A DNA stretch of 64,000 nucleotides from positions 152 through 64,151 of the forward strand of contig JADLEF010000015.1 in NCBI GenBank assembly GCA_020846295.1. The letters are read 5' to 3'. The position numbers and the translations under genes were made by a program. Within the stretch, counting starts at the first letter, position 1. Every line of letters starts with the position of its first letter. The notes under the pieces were generated by a model. That model saw only the letters and a program-made list of their open reading frames with translations. It ran no database searches and had not been told where the DNA came from. The stretch is from Acidimicrobiales bacterium (GTDB lineage: Bacteria; Actinomycetota; Acidimicrobiia; Acidimicrobiales; CAIXPF01). Below are positions 1 to 8,198 of the stretch, one piece after another.

Positions 1-851
1 CGGCGGCCGACAGCACCGACACCGCTGACCGCGTCGGCCCGTGGTCCGAGCTGCAGGACTGCCACCGCGTCGACGGGCAGGGCTTCGCCGCCGCCGGGCT
101 CAGCGCCGACGCGCTCGACGACGGCGGGATCCGGCTCACCGCGGTGCGTCACTCCGCCTGCGTCCACGCCGACCTCCCGGCTTCGCCGGCCGGCCGGCGC
201 CTCACCCTGACCCTCCCGTACCGCTCGGTACGGGGCGCCGCGCCGCGCCTGTGCTTGTTCGACACCGTGCAGCAGCGGTGCCTACCGCTCACCGGCGACG
301 TGGTCGACGGCAGCCGGCTGGCGGTCTCCCAGCGTCCGGAACGCGCCGTGCTCGCCGTCGAGGCGACCGGCAACCCCCTGGCGCTGTACGTCTACGCCGA
401 CGGGAGCGACGCAGGCACGCTCGCCGAGTACGGCCGCCCGGTGTACCACCCCGCCGCCGCCGAGGTCGTCACCGTGACCGAGGGGCGCACCCATGCGACG
501 TCGAGCGATCGACCACCGGCCGCCGATGTCGAGCTCCTCGCCCATGACGGGCATGAGGTTCGGATCCGCGTGCGGGTGGACCGCCCGGGCGCGGTGCTCG
601 CCACCACGGAGGCGTTCGATCCGGGTTGGGCGCTGCACGGGCTGCCACCGGCGGTGTCGGCCCGTCATGTGCGCCTCGACGGCTACCGCAACGGGTGGGT
701 CATCGACGGCACCGGCACGTTCGAGCTCACCATCCGCTTCGGGTCCAGCCGGGCAGCGCTGGGGTTGCGCTACGCGGCGGCCTCGATGGCATTGGTGCTC
801 ACCGCCCGAGCGCTGCGGGGCCGCAGCGTGCCCGGGCGACGACCCGGTTGA
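1..851 (+). CDS. 3' part of a larger ORF entering from upstream of the window. It has an exported or beta-rich C-terminal region with a terminal hydrophobic anchor. Function unknown; the neighbouring genes are envelope-related.
   Basis: I translated frame 3 by eye from base 3 and found no stop until TGA at 849-851. The GTG at 144 in the ORF track is therefore probably internal. Codons are GC3-rich. The protein ends in a hydrophobic segment (AAASMALVLTA) followed by a basic tail. A Wzx-like flippase lies nearby. Confidence 0.6.
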   Translation, partial: AADSTDTADRVGPWSELQDCHRVDGQGFAAAGLSADALDDGGIRLTAVRHSACVHADLPASPAGRRLTLTLPYRSVRGAAPRLCLFDTVQQRCLPLTGDVVDGSRLAVSQRPERAVLAVEATGNPLALYVYADGSDAGTLAEYGRPVYHPAAAEVVTVTEGRTHATSSDRPPAADVELLAHDGHEVRIRVRVDRPGAVLATTEAFDPGWALHGLPPAVSARHVRLDGYRNGWVIDGTGTFELTIRFGSSRAALGLRYAAASMALVLTARALRGRSVPGRRPG

Positions 852-934
852 CGCGGGTGACATCGCGCGCAGCGCCGGGCCGAACCGCGCGCAGCGCCGG
901 GCCGAGTTGCGCGCGGCGCCGGGCCGACCGATCT

Positions 935-1567
935 TCAGCTGATCGGGCGCAGCCGACGGCGACTGGACACCGTCCACGCCAGCCCGAGCCCGACGGCCGC
1001 GCCGCCGAGGATCCACGTCACGTCACGGGCCCCGGTGAAGGGCAGCACCGCCGCCGCGACTGCGGTGCCGCTCTCACAGGCGATGCCGTCCTGGTCACTG
1101 TCGAGCGCCAACCGGTACCCGGGGTTGGTGGTACCGATGTTGGTCACCCCGAGCGCGGCGGCCGCGGCGCAGTTCGCGTAGAGCGGGGTGGTGGTCGACG
1201 CAGCCCCCGCCGCCCGCAGCGCCGTGGTCGTCGTGGCGGGCACCGTGGACGTGGTCGACGGGGCCGCCGTGGGCGTCGGGACGGTGGTGGAGGTGGTGGT
1301 GGAGGTGCTCGACGGCGTGACGGTGGTGGACGTCGTGGCCCCCGCCCCGGCATCGTCGTCGCCGTTCAACTCACAGGCGAACCCGTCGCCGTCGACATCG
1401 AGGTCGAGCGAGTAGCCGGGCTCGTCGGGCTCGATGTCCCCCCAGCCCAAGGCGTAGACCTCGGCGCAGGTCTCGAACTGCAGCTGCGCCCCGGCGGGAT
1501 CGACGAACGCCGACCCCAGGCCCAGCCCCAACGCTGCCACCATCGCGCCCACCGTTGCCGCCCGCAT
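935..1567 (-). CDS. Secreted, sortase-anchored protein with two Excalibur calcium-binding motifs and a Thr/Ser/Pro-rich linker
   Basis: ATG at 1567 is preceded by GGAGG about 7 nt upstream. The N-terminus looks like a signal peptide (MRAATVGAMVAALGLGLGSAF). Two DxDxDGxxCE-type motifs are present (DLDVDGDGFACE and DSDQDGIACE). The linker is a TTSTT... stretch. The C-terminus has LPFTG, a hydrophobic stretch and an RRRLR tail. Confidence 0.8.
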   Translation of the reverse strand: MRAATVGAMVAALGLGLGSAFVDPAGAQLQFETCAEVYALGWGDIEPDEPGYSLDLDVDGDGFACELNGDDDAGAGATTSTTVTPSSTSTTTSTTVPTPTAAPSTTSTVPATTTTALRAAGAASTTTPLYANCAAAAALGVTNIGTTNPGYRLALDSDQDGIACESGTAVAAAVLPFTGARDVTWILGGAAVGLGLAWTVSSRRRLRPIS

Positions 1568-1898
1568 CGCGTACCTCCGCCGTTGTTGTTCCGCCACGTC
1601 CGAGGACGTGTTCCGCTGCGTCATCGGCAGGCTAACGAGCCATGCGCCGATTCCACCGCCGACGGTGACGGAAGGATCCTTCGGTGGCGCTGTCCGTGCT
1701 GCTATCGGAGGGTCTACCGTGGATAGTGCCTTCGCATGGACAGTCCGTCACTGTTTGGGCCGAGCGTTTGTCTTGGGGACTCGTTGCGTGGGCATCCGGC
1801 GTCGTTAGGCTCTTGCCGGACCACGTGGGAGAGCGGGAGAGCGTGCCACCAAAGCGACGTCTGCATCATCGACCGCGGCGCGGCCCCGGCACGGCCCC

Positions 1899-3179
1899 GT
1901 GAACGCCGCCTCCCCCACCTCGCCGGCGGCGACCGGCGCGCCGACGGCCAGCGCGCCGACGGGCGCATCGACGGGCGCATCGACGGTCCGGCCGGCGCGG
2001 GTCGCCACCCTGTTCGGCCCGGGCGCGGTGGAGATGATCGTCTTCGCCTGCAGCCTGCTGACCGGTCCGATCCTCAGCCGGGCCCTGGACGACGACGGCC
2101 GCGGTTCGCTGGCCGCCGTGCTGGTCCCCACCCAGCTCGTCGGCTGGGCGTTGGCCCTCGGCGTTCCCTACGCCTCGGCGATGATGACCCGCCGGGTGGA
2201 GCGCAGGGCGCTGCTCGACGGGGCCTGGGGCATTGCCATACTGATCGGTATTCCGGCGGCCGGCGTGCTGTACGCCACCGCCCCGTGGCTACTGGCCGAC
2301 CACCCCGCGGTTGCCCTCGACTGGTACCGGATCGGCCTCATCGGCACCGTGCTGAGCATGCCGGCGGCGACGGCCATGCAGCTGCGGCTGATGGCGTCCG
2401 GCGCGACGTGGGGTCTGTCGGCGGCGAAGTCGGCCCACCTGCTGGCCAACAGCGTGCTCGTGACCGTGCTGGCGGTGATCGGGCGGCTGACGCTGTCCAC
2501 CGCGCTGGCGAGCTGGCTGCTGTGCTACCTGGCCAGCCGGATCGTGGTGCTGCTCGCCATGGACGCCTTCGTCCGCGGGCGTCCCCAACTGCAGTTGATG
2601 GGCCGGCAGCTGGTGCTGGGCCGGGCCCAGGCCGTCGTCACCATCGCCAACATCTCGTTGGGTCGCATCGACCAGGTCTTCCTGGCCTTCGCGGTGCCGT
2701 CGGCCGAGCTCGGCCGCTACGCGGTGGCCGCCACCGCCGCACAGGTGAGCCTGCCGCTCGCCCGTGGCTTCGCCGACGTCGTGCTGCCCGATGCCTTCGC
2801 CCGCGACGGCGAGGACATCTCCCGCCGGGCGATCCCCCTCGTGCTCGCCTGTTCGACGCTGATCGGCGCAGCGTCGGCGGTGGCCGCACCGTTCGTGATC
2901 CCAGCGCTGTTCGGCGCACAGTTCGCCGGATCGGTCCAGCTGCTGTGGCTGCTGATCCCCGGCCAGGTGGCGTTCAACACGGCCTGGGTGATCTCGGCCA
3001 AGCACCTCGGCGCCGGCACCCCCGGCGTGGCGGCCCGTGCCATCGGCGGCGCCGCCCTGCTCAACGCCGTGGCCCTTCCGTTCGGGGTGGGGGCGTTCGG
3101 CGCAGCCGGCGCAGCCGCGCTGACCAGCGTCTGCCAGGCGGTGTACCTGGCCGGCCTGTGGTGGGGCGCCCGCCGGTGA
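1899..3179 (+). CDS. Polytopic membrane protein, Wzx/MOP-type polysaccharide or oligosaccharide flippase family
   Basis: The 426-aa ORF has many hydrophobic helices throughout. Its length and pattern are typical of polysaccharide-biosynthesis flippases. The GTG start is uncertain. Confidence 0.65.
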   Translation: MNAASPTSPAATGAPTASAPTGASTGASTVRPARVATLFGPGAVEMIVFACSLLTGPILSRALDDDGRGSLAAVLVPTQLVGWALALGVPYASAMMTRRVERRALLDGAWGIAILIGIPAAGVLYATAPWLLADHPAVALDWYRIGLIGTVLSMPAATAMQLRLMASGATWGLSAAKSAHLLANSVLVTVLAVIGRLTLSTALASWLLCYLASRIVVLLAMDAFVRGRPQLQLMGRQLVLGRAQAVVTIANISLGRIDQVFLAFAVPSAELGRYAVAATAAQVSLPLARGFADVVLPDAFARDGEDISRRAIPLVLACSTLIGAASAVAAPFVIPALFGAQFAGSVQLLWLLIPGQVAFNTAWVISAKHLGAGTPGVAARAIGGAALLNAVALPFGVGAFGAAGAAALTSVCQAVYLAGLWWGARR

Positions 3180-3233
3180 CCGGCACCGATCGCGGTCCAT
3201 CGCTGAACCGCGGCCCGGCCCGACCCGCCCGAA

Positions 3234-3671
3234 TCAGTCCGGCAGCAGCGATTCGGCGCCCCGCGCCGTGGTGATCGGATCGGCGTGGCGGTGCACCAGC
3301 CGCCACGCATCGCCGTCCAACCGGTAGAGGCTGGTGACGCGCAGGCTGAGCGGGGTGAGCTCGTCCGCACCGCCCAGCTTGGCCCTGAAGCGCTCGACCT
3401 CCACCACGCAGGCCAGATCGCCGGCGACGTGGCGGGCGACGGGTTCGAACTCCAGCAGTTCACCGTCGCGGTAGCGGGCCGCCGCGGCCGTCGTCGTGTC
3501 CACCACCGCGCGGCGGCCCCGCACGAACGGCCCGAACGGGTTGCCCAGGGTGACATCCTCGGTTTCGGCGTACAGGGCGTGGATCGGCCGTGCGTCACCT
3601 CGGATCACCCCCGCCACCGCCTGCCGACTGCGTTCGATCGCCTCGTCGAGGCTGCGCTGCACATCCACCAT
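3234..3671 (-). CDS. SnoaL-like / DUF4440 (NTF2-fold) small protein
   Basis: The internal ATG at 3671 has GGAGG upstream (reverse complement of 3676-3685). The 145-aa product (MVDVQRSLDEAIERSRQAV...WRLVHRHADP) has the typical DUF4440/SnoaL pattern. The upstream part of the listed ORF belongs to the IS remnant. Confidence 0.7.
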   Translation of the reverse strand: MVDVQRSLDEAIERSRQAVAGVIRGDARPIHALYAETEDVTLGNPFGPFVRGRRAVVDTTTAAAARYRDGELLEFEPVARHVAGDLACVVEVERFRAKLGGADELTPLSLRVTSLYRLDGDAWRLVHRHADPITTARGAESLLPD

Positions 3672-3769
3672 CGACCCTCCTCTTCCTGCGGGACGGCAGT
3701 CTGCCCCACCGGCGGCGGGAGTGGTCGGGTCAGCCGTCCGTGACCTGCCGGCTCGGCGTGCCACCAGCC

Positions 3770-4251
3770 GCTGGAGCCAGTGGACGGCGAACTGCACGGC
3801 GTCGGCGATGTCGCGGTGGTGGAGCCGCTGGTTCTTCAGCGAGCCGAGGCACCGTTCGATCACGCCGTTGGTCCACGGGGCCCTGCGGCGGGTGTGGACG
3901 TGACGAAGGTGCTTCTTCGATGCCGCCCGCGCGGCGAACCCGCCCCTCTCGAAGCAGGGGCCGTCGTCGATTCGCCCTAGCCCTAAGTCGCCCTAGGCCT
4001 TCGCGGCGGCCCAGAAACCCGTTCTCCGCCGCGAGTTGCCGCTCACGGCTCGTCGGCCGGGTCGCCCCGCCCGAAGCGACCGCGTGCTGGCCGCCGTGGA
4101 AGAACTGGTCACGCCAGTTCGCAATCGATGTCCGCGACGCACCCGCACGACGAGCTGCCCCCACGATGGTCACCTCACCACGCAACACCGCCAGCACGAT
4201 CCGCACCTCGTCCGCCGCCGATCGCGACGGAGGCGTTGACACGCGACCCAT
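3770..4251 (-). pseudogene. Decayed insertion-sequence transposase (rve integrase type, IS3/IS481-like). The N-terminal HTH part and the C-terminal end are retained, and most of the catalytic core is deleted.
   Basis: The HTH-like part runs from ATG 4251 (RIVLAVLRGEVTIVGAARRAGASRTSIANWRDQF). After stops and a frame change comes the integrase tail IDDGPCF...HTRRRAPWTNGVIERCLGSLKNQRLHHRD (about 3770-3968). Stop triplets (tag, taa) lie at about 3970-3990 between the two parts. Confidence 0.7.
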
Positions 4252-4282
4252 CGAACCACCCGCCCACACGAGCCAACTCGGT

Positions 4283-4302
4283 GGATCCAGGTTCAGCTGA
4301 AC
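4283..4302. repeat. Copy A of a short repeat with palindromic core GTTCAGCTGAAC (GGATCCAGGTTCAGCTGAAC)
   Basis: The reverse complement of 5828-5847 matches this copy at 19 of 20 positions. Confidence 0.8.
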
Positions 4303-4411
4303 AGCGTCGACGTCGGTCGGGCAGGGCGAAGCCACCACCTGCGGCGAAGGGGCACGGGCTGTGCCGATCAGCTGACGGTTCGTCGCCGCGCTCAGCGAAA
4401 GGTTCAGCCGA

Positions 4412-4431
4412 AGGTTCAGCTGAACGGCGAC
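4412..4431. repeat. Copy B of the same repeat (AGGTTCAGCTGAACGGCGAC), 54 nt upstream of the HNH gene start
   Basis: The reverse complement of 5822-5841 (GTCACCGTTCAGCTGAACCT) matches this copy at 19 of 20 positions. Confidence 0.8.
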
Positions 4432-4484
4432 GGATGGGGTGAGCTCCCCGCTGCCGACCTTCACTGTCACACCTCCTGCGTACG

Positions 4485-5795
4485 GTGTTCGTCATGGCTG
4501 ACATGGCGGATGTGGTGGAGCTGGCCGATGTGCTGCGCCTTGATGACGACGGGCTGGGTTCGTTGGCGGGTGAGCGACTGGAGTGGGCGCTGGTGTCGTG
4601 GTCGTCGAGCATGGCGGCGAGCGAATACCGCTGGCTGCGCCTGGTCGCCGAGTTCGATCGAAGACAGCTCTACGAGCGCTGGGAATGCCAAACCTGCGCC
4701 AAGTGGCTGATGTGGCGCTGCTCACTCGACAGCCGCGCCGCGCACGAGAAGGTCCGCGTCGCCCGCGCCCTGGAACACCTCCCGCTCATCGCCGCCGCCT
4801 TCGAACGCGGAGAGCTGTCCTACTCGAAGGTGCGCGCCATCACCCGGGTCGCCCACCCCGCCATCGAGCAGGGGCTGCTCGACACCGCCCGGTCGATCCA
4901 CACCGCCGGCCTCGAACAGATCGTGACCGGCATCCGCCGCGCCCGGGTCCTGAACAACCCCGAACGGCCCGAGAACCGGCCGGCCGGGCGGCGCAGCGTC
5001 ACCTTCCGCCACGACGACGACGGGACCGTCGTCATGATCGCCCGCCTTCCCGCCGAAGACCACGCCGTGCTGGCCAACGCCCTCGACCAGGCCATGGATG
5101 ACGAGCCGAGCACCCCCATCGCGCAACGCCGGGCCGACGCCTTGGTGGAGATCGCCGCCCGCTCCCTCGCCAACGCGCCAGCGGTCAGCACCGGTTCGGC
5201 CGATCGCTACCAGGTCGTCGTGCACGTCGACGCCGCCGTGCTCACCCACGACGACCCCAACGCCGAGTGCCACCTCGAGAACGGCGCCGCCATCACCGCC
5301 GAAACGGCCAGGAGGCTCAGCTGCGACAGCAACCTCGTGCGCCTCTACCAAGACGCAGACGGCCGTCCCGTCGCCCTCAGCGCCAAGACCCGCGTGGTGC
5401 CCACCGCCATGCGCCGGGCGCTACACGCAAGAGACCGATCCTGCCGCTTCCCCGGCTGCACCCACCGAGCATGGCTCGACGCCCACCACGTCCACCACTG
5501 GAGCGATGGCGGCCCCACCCACCTCGACAACCTCCTCCTGCTCTGCCGCCGACATCACCGCGCCGTCCACGAACACCACTGGACCATCACCACCCTGCCC
5601 GACGGCAGCCTTCAGTTCACCAACCCCGACGGCTGGGCCCTCGACCAACCCCCAACCGAGGTCCACCCCATCAATCTCAACCCCGATGTCCAACCCGACG
5701 CCATCACCCCCGACTGGCACGACCGACCCGAGTATCACTACATCATCTCCGTCTTCGCCGACCCACCCGGCCTGCACCACTCCACCTGGAACTGA
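4485..5795 (+). CDS. DUF222-domain HNH endonuclease (REP13E12-like family common in Actinobacteria)
   Basis: The 436-aa product has a C-terminal HNH motif (CRFPGCTHRAWLDAHHVHHWSDGGPTHLDNLLLLCRRHHRAVHE). The N-terminal region (WLRLVAEFDRRQLYERWECQTCAKWL) is DUF222-like. Confidence 0.9.
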   Translation: MFVMADMADVVELADVLRLDDDGLGSLAGERLEWALVSWSSSMAASEYRWLRLVAEFDRRQLYERWECQTCAKWLMWRCSLDSRAAHEKVRVARALEHLPLIAAAFERGELSYSKVRAITRVAHPAIEQGLLDTARSIHTAGLEQIVTGIRRARVLNNPERPENRPAGRRSVTFRHDDDGTVVMIARLPAEDHAVLANALDQAMDDEPSTPIAQRRADALVEIAARSLANAPAVSTGSADRYQVVVHVDAAVLTHDDPNAECHLENGAAITAETARRLSCDSNLVRLYQDADGRPVALSAKTRVVPTAMRRALHARDRSCRFPGCTHRAWLDAHHVHHWSDGGPTHLDNLLLLCRRHHRAVHEHHWTITTLPDGSLQFTNPDGWALDQPPTEVHPINLNPDVQPDAITPDWHDRPEYHYIISVFADPPGLHHSTWN

Positions 5796-5821
5796 CCCAG
5801 CCCCGCCATACCACATGGTTT

Positions 5822-5847
5822 GTCACCGTTCAGCTGAACCTGGATGC
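5822..5847. repeat. Copy C of the repeat (GTCACCGTTCAGCTGAACCTGGATGC), inverted relative to copies A and B, 27 nt after the HNH stop
   Basis: Its left flank mirrors copy B and its right flank mirrors copy A. The core is a 12-bp perfect palindrome. Confidence 0.8.
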
Positions 5848-5882
5848 CGGCCGGATCCGTTCGATGCCGAGAGGCGGGCCGC

Positions 5883-6470
5883 TCACTCCCGGCCCGCGCG
5901 TCGGCCGGCAACGACGATGCCGGCCGACCAGCCCGGGGCGCGGCCCCCACCGGGCGGCGATCCGGCCGCCGACAGAACACCGGCCCGGACGACCACCCAG
6001 GAGATCACCGAGTTCGAGTTCCACATCTCGCCCGTCCCCAGCTCGTCCCGACCCCACACCGGTGTGGGCACGGCCGCGACCGACTGCAGCACGTGCGCGA
6101 CCACGGCCGGATCCTCGCTGATCGGAACCGGACCGCCCACCGCGTGGGCGAGATCGGGGATCTCGCCGCCCACCCAGCGGCGGATCTCGTAGCGGAACAA
6201 CCGCCATCGACCGAGCCACGGCGAACCGACCGCGCCCTCCGCCACGACGCCTCGCCGCTCGGGCCCGAAACGGTCGACCACCGGCGTCATCTCGATCACG
6301 GTGCGCACACCACCGCTGCACGCGATGAGCGCCGAGTGGAAGAGCGGCACCGGCGCACGACGCTCTCGGCGAGCCACCATCGCCTCGTAGCACCGGCCGG
6401 AGCGGCGAACGACCTGCGCCCCCGCACCGAGGGGGATCCAATACAGCTCCAGCCGGACTGCGCTCGCCAT
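5883..6470 (-). CDS. Conserved hypothetical protein
   Basis: The 195-aa ORF has a non-repetitive composition (MASAVRLELYWIPLGAG...HSALIA...) and GC3-rich codons. The competing ORFs at this position are Arg/Pro-rich artefacts. Confidence 0.55.
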   Translation of the reverse strand: MASAVRLELYWIPLGAGAQVVRRSGRCYEAMVARRERRAPVPLFHSALIACSGGVRTVIEMTPVVDRFGPERRGVVAEGAVGSPWLGRWRLFRYEIRRWVGGEIPDLAHAVGGPVPISEDPAVVAHVLQSVAAVPTPVWGRDELGTGEMWNSNSVISWVVVRAGVLSAAGSPPGGGRAPGWSAGIVVAGRRAGRE

Positions 6471-6543
6471 GACATCATCTCCATCCGTTCGCCGCGACGC
6501 GCCGCGTCACCGATCCGTCGCCTGCGTCGACCGAGCAGCGGCG

Positions 6544-7113
6544 TCAACGGTTGACCGGCGGGGCCGACACCATGGCGGCGTCGGCGGCACCCGCGTGCGC
6601 GGCGGCCGCAATGCCGTCCGCCCACGCGTCGACATCGGCCCAGTCGCGGTGATCGCCGTACCGGCCGCGCAGCAGGCGGATGAACAGGTCGCCGACGCGG
6701 CCCCAGTCGGTCGGCTGCACCACGCCGGCGAAGTTGCGGTGCCCGACGACGGGCAGCGCGGCCCGCCACGCGGTCACCTGCTTCGGCTCGCGACGCAGGC
6801 GCCGCATCCGCTGCGTGATCCGAGGGCCGAACACACTGCTGGTGTCACCGACGGAACTCACGCTGAACAACCACAGCGGTCGGCCGGGCAGCTCGATGGC
6901 ACAGCGTGCGGCCAGCGCAGCGGCGGCCGGCAGCCAGGCACCGCCGTGGATGGCGCTGCCGATGACCACGGCGTCGTAGCCGACCAGCGGGCCGACCCCT
7001 TCGGCGGCGCGCACGTCGGCGACCGCGCCCCCTCGGCCGATGCGGGCTCCGATCCGCCGGGCGATCGACGCGGTGGAACCGTGCGGACTGGCATGGGCGA
7101 CAAGGACTCGCAT
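6544..7113 (-). CDS. Flavodoxin-domain protein (HemG/flavodoxin_5-like)
   Basis: ATG at 7113 has GGAGG upstream. MRVLVAHASPHGSTASIARRI... and YDAVVIGSAIH are typical flavodoxin-like motifs. Confidence 0.75.
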   Translation of the reverse strand: MRVLVAHASPHGSTASIARRIGARIGRGGAVADVRAAEGVGPLVGYDAVVIGSAIHGGAWLPAAAALAARCAIELPGRPLWLFSVSSVGDTSSVFGPRITQRMRRLRREPKQVTAWRAALPVVGHRNFAGVVQPTDWGRVGDLFIRLLRGRYGDHRDWADVDAWADGIAAAAHAGAADAAMVSAPPVNR

Positions 7114-7206
7114 CCCGGCACCTCCGATCGAAGAGGAGACCCCCAGCATCGTCGGTGCCGGCGACGACCACCAGAGTCGATCTCCTCCTCGCTCCGGCGC
7201 CGCCGA

Positions 7207-7950
7207 TCAGAGCCTGTCGACCGCGATGGTCACCACCTCGCCGAACGACGCGGCCGACTCCTCCGGAGCGACTCCTTCGCCCGCGGTGATCTCGACCAAC
7301 GTGACCGAGGCGAGGGTGGGACCGGTGCGGACCAGCGCGGAGTAGAGGTACCACTGGGCCCCACCGCCCGCCTCCTCGATGGTGGTGAGCACGGCGACGC
7401 GATCCTCGCCCACGGCCACGATGTCGATCGCCTCCGCCCGACCCGGGCCCTCCTCGCCGGCCGGGATGGGCCCGAGGCACGCCGCCATGCCGTCGCGCAG
7501 CAGGTTGAACGTGGTCTCGATCTCGCCGGGCTCGGCCGAGGTCAGGAACTCCTGGATGAAGACCAGCCGACCGGTACGGTCCGTCGGCGGGTCGATGGGA
7601 TCGAGCTCTTCCTGGTCGAGCTGACGGAACGCCTTCCAGCGCACGTCGACCGCGGCGCGCGAGGCGTCGCTCGCCGCGTCGCACAGCTCGATCCCCGGCA
7701 GCAGCTGCCGTCCCTGCTCCAGCACGACGCCCGCCGGCGTCACCGGGGCGTCGTCGGCGTCCGGCCCTTCCGGACCGGTGTTGACGGTCCACGTCCCCTC
7801 GAGGTCGCCCTGGGCGATGAGGGCGGCCGCCAGCCGCTCGGCCGACGGGATCACCACCGCCGCCTCGTCGTCGTCCCCGCACCCGACGGCCAGCGACCCC
7901 GCCACCACCGCTGCCGCCAGCACGAACTGCCACCGCCTGCGACCGACCAT
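7207..7950 (-). CDS. Lipoprotein of unknown function
   Basis: The product has a signal peptide with a lipobox (VAGSLAVGCGDD) and an acidic, non-repetitive mature part. Confidence 0.65.
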   Translation of the reverse strand: MVGRRRWQFVLAAAVVAGSLAVGCGDDDEAAVVIPSAERLAAALIAQGDLEGTWTVNTGPEGPDADDAPVTPAGVVLEQGRQLLPGIELCDAASDASRAAVDVRWKAFRQLDQEELDPIDPPTDRTGRLVFIQEFLTSAEPGEIETTFNLLRDGMAACLGPIPAGEEGPGRAEAIDIVAVGEDRVAVLTTIEEAGGGAQWYLYSALVRTGPTLASVTLVEITAGEGVAPEESAASFGEVVTIAVDRL

Positions 7951-8198
7951 CGTCGTCCTCCTCCTCCGGAGCCTGCCCCGATCATTGCGACCTCCCCCTC
8001 CGGCCGTCAGAGGCGCTGGTCACGATGACGGACCCATCCCGGTCCGGATGCGCACCGACCGGCCCGACCGGGGTCATCCGCACGGGGGATCGCGCTCAGG
8101 TTCGGTGCCCCACGATCCGATCAGCGCACAGGGCGCCGCACGCGCCCGGGTCTCTGGGAGTGGAGCAGGTGGGACGCCAGCAGTCGAACGGAACCACG

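Noticed and set aside
1625-1898. Lower-GC 275-bp divergent intergenic region, examined for a riboswitch or small RNA
   Set aside because: I found only a short palindrome (GAAGGATCCTTC) and no motif I can assign to a known riboswitch class, such as ydaO, SAM, TPP or cobalamin. This is most simply two divergent promoters.
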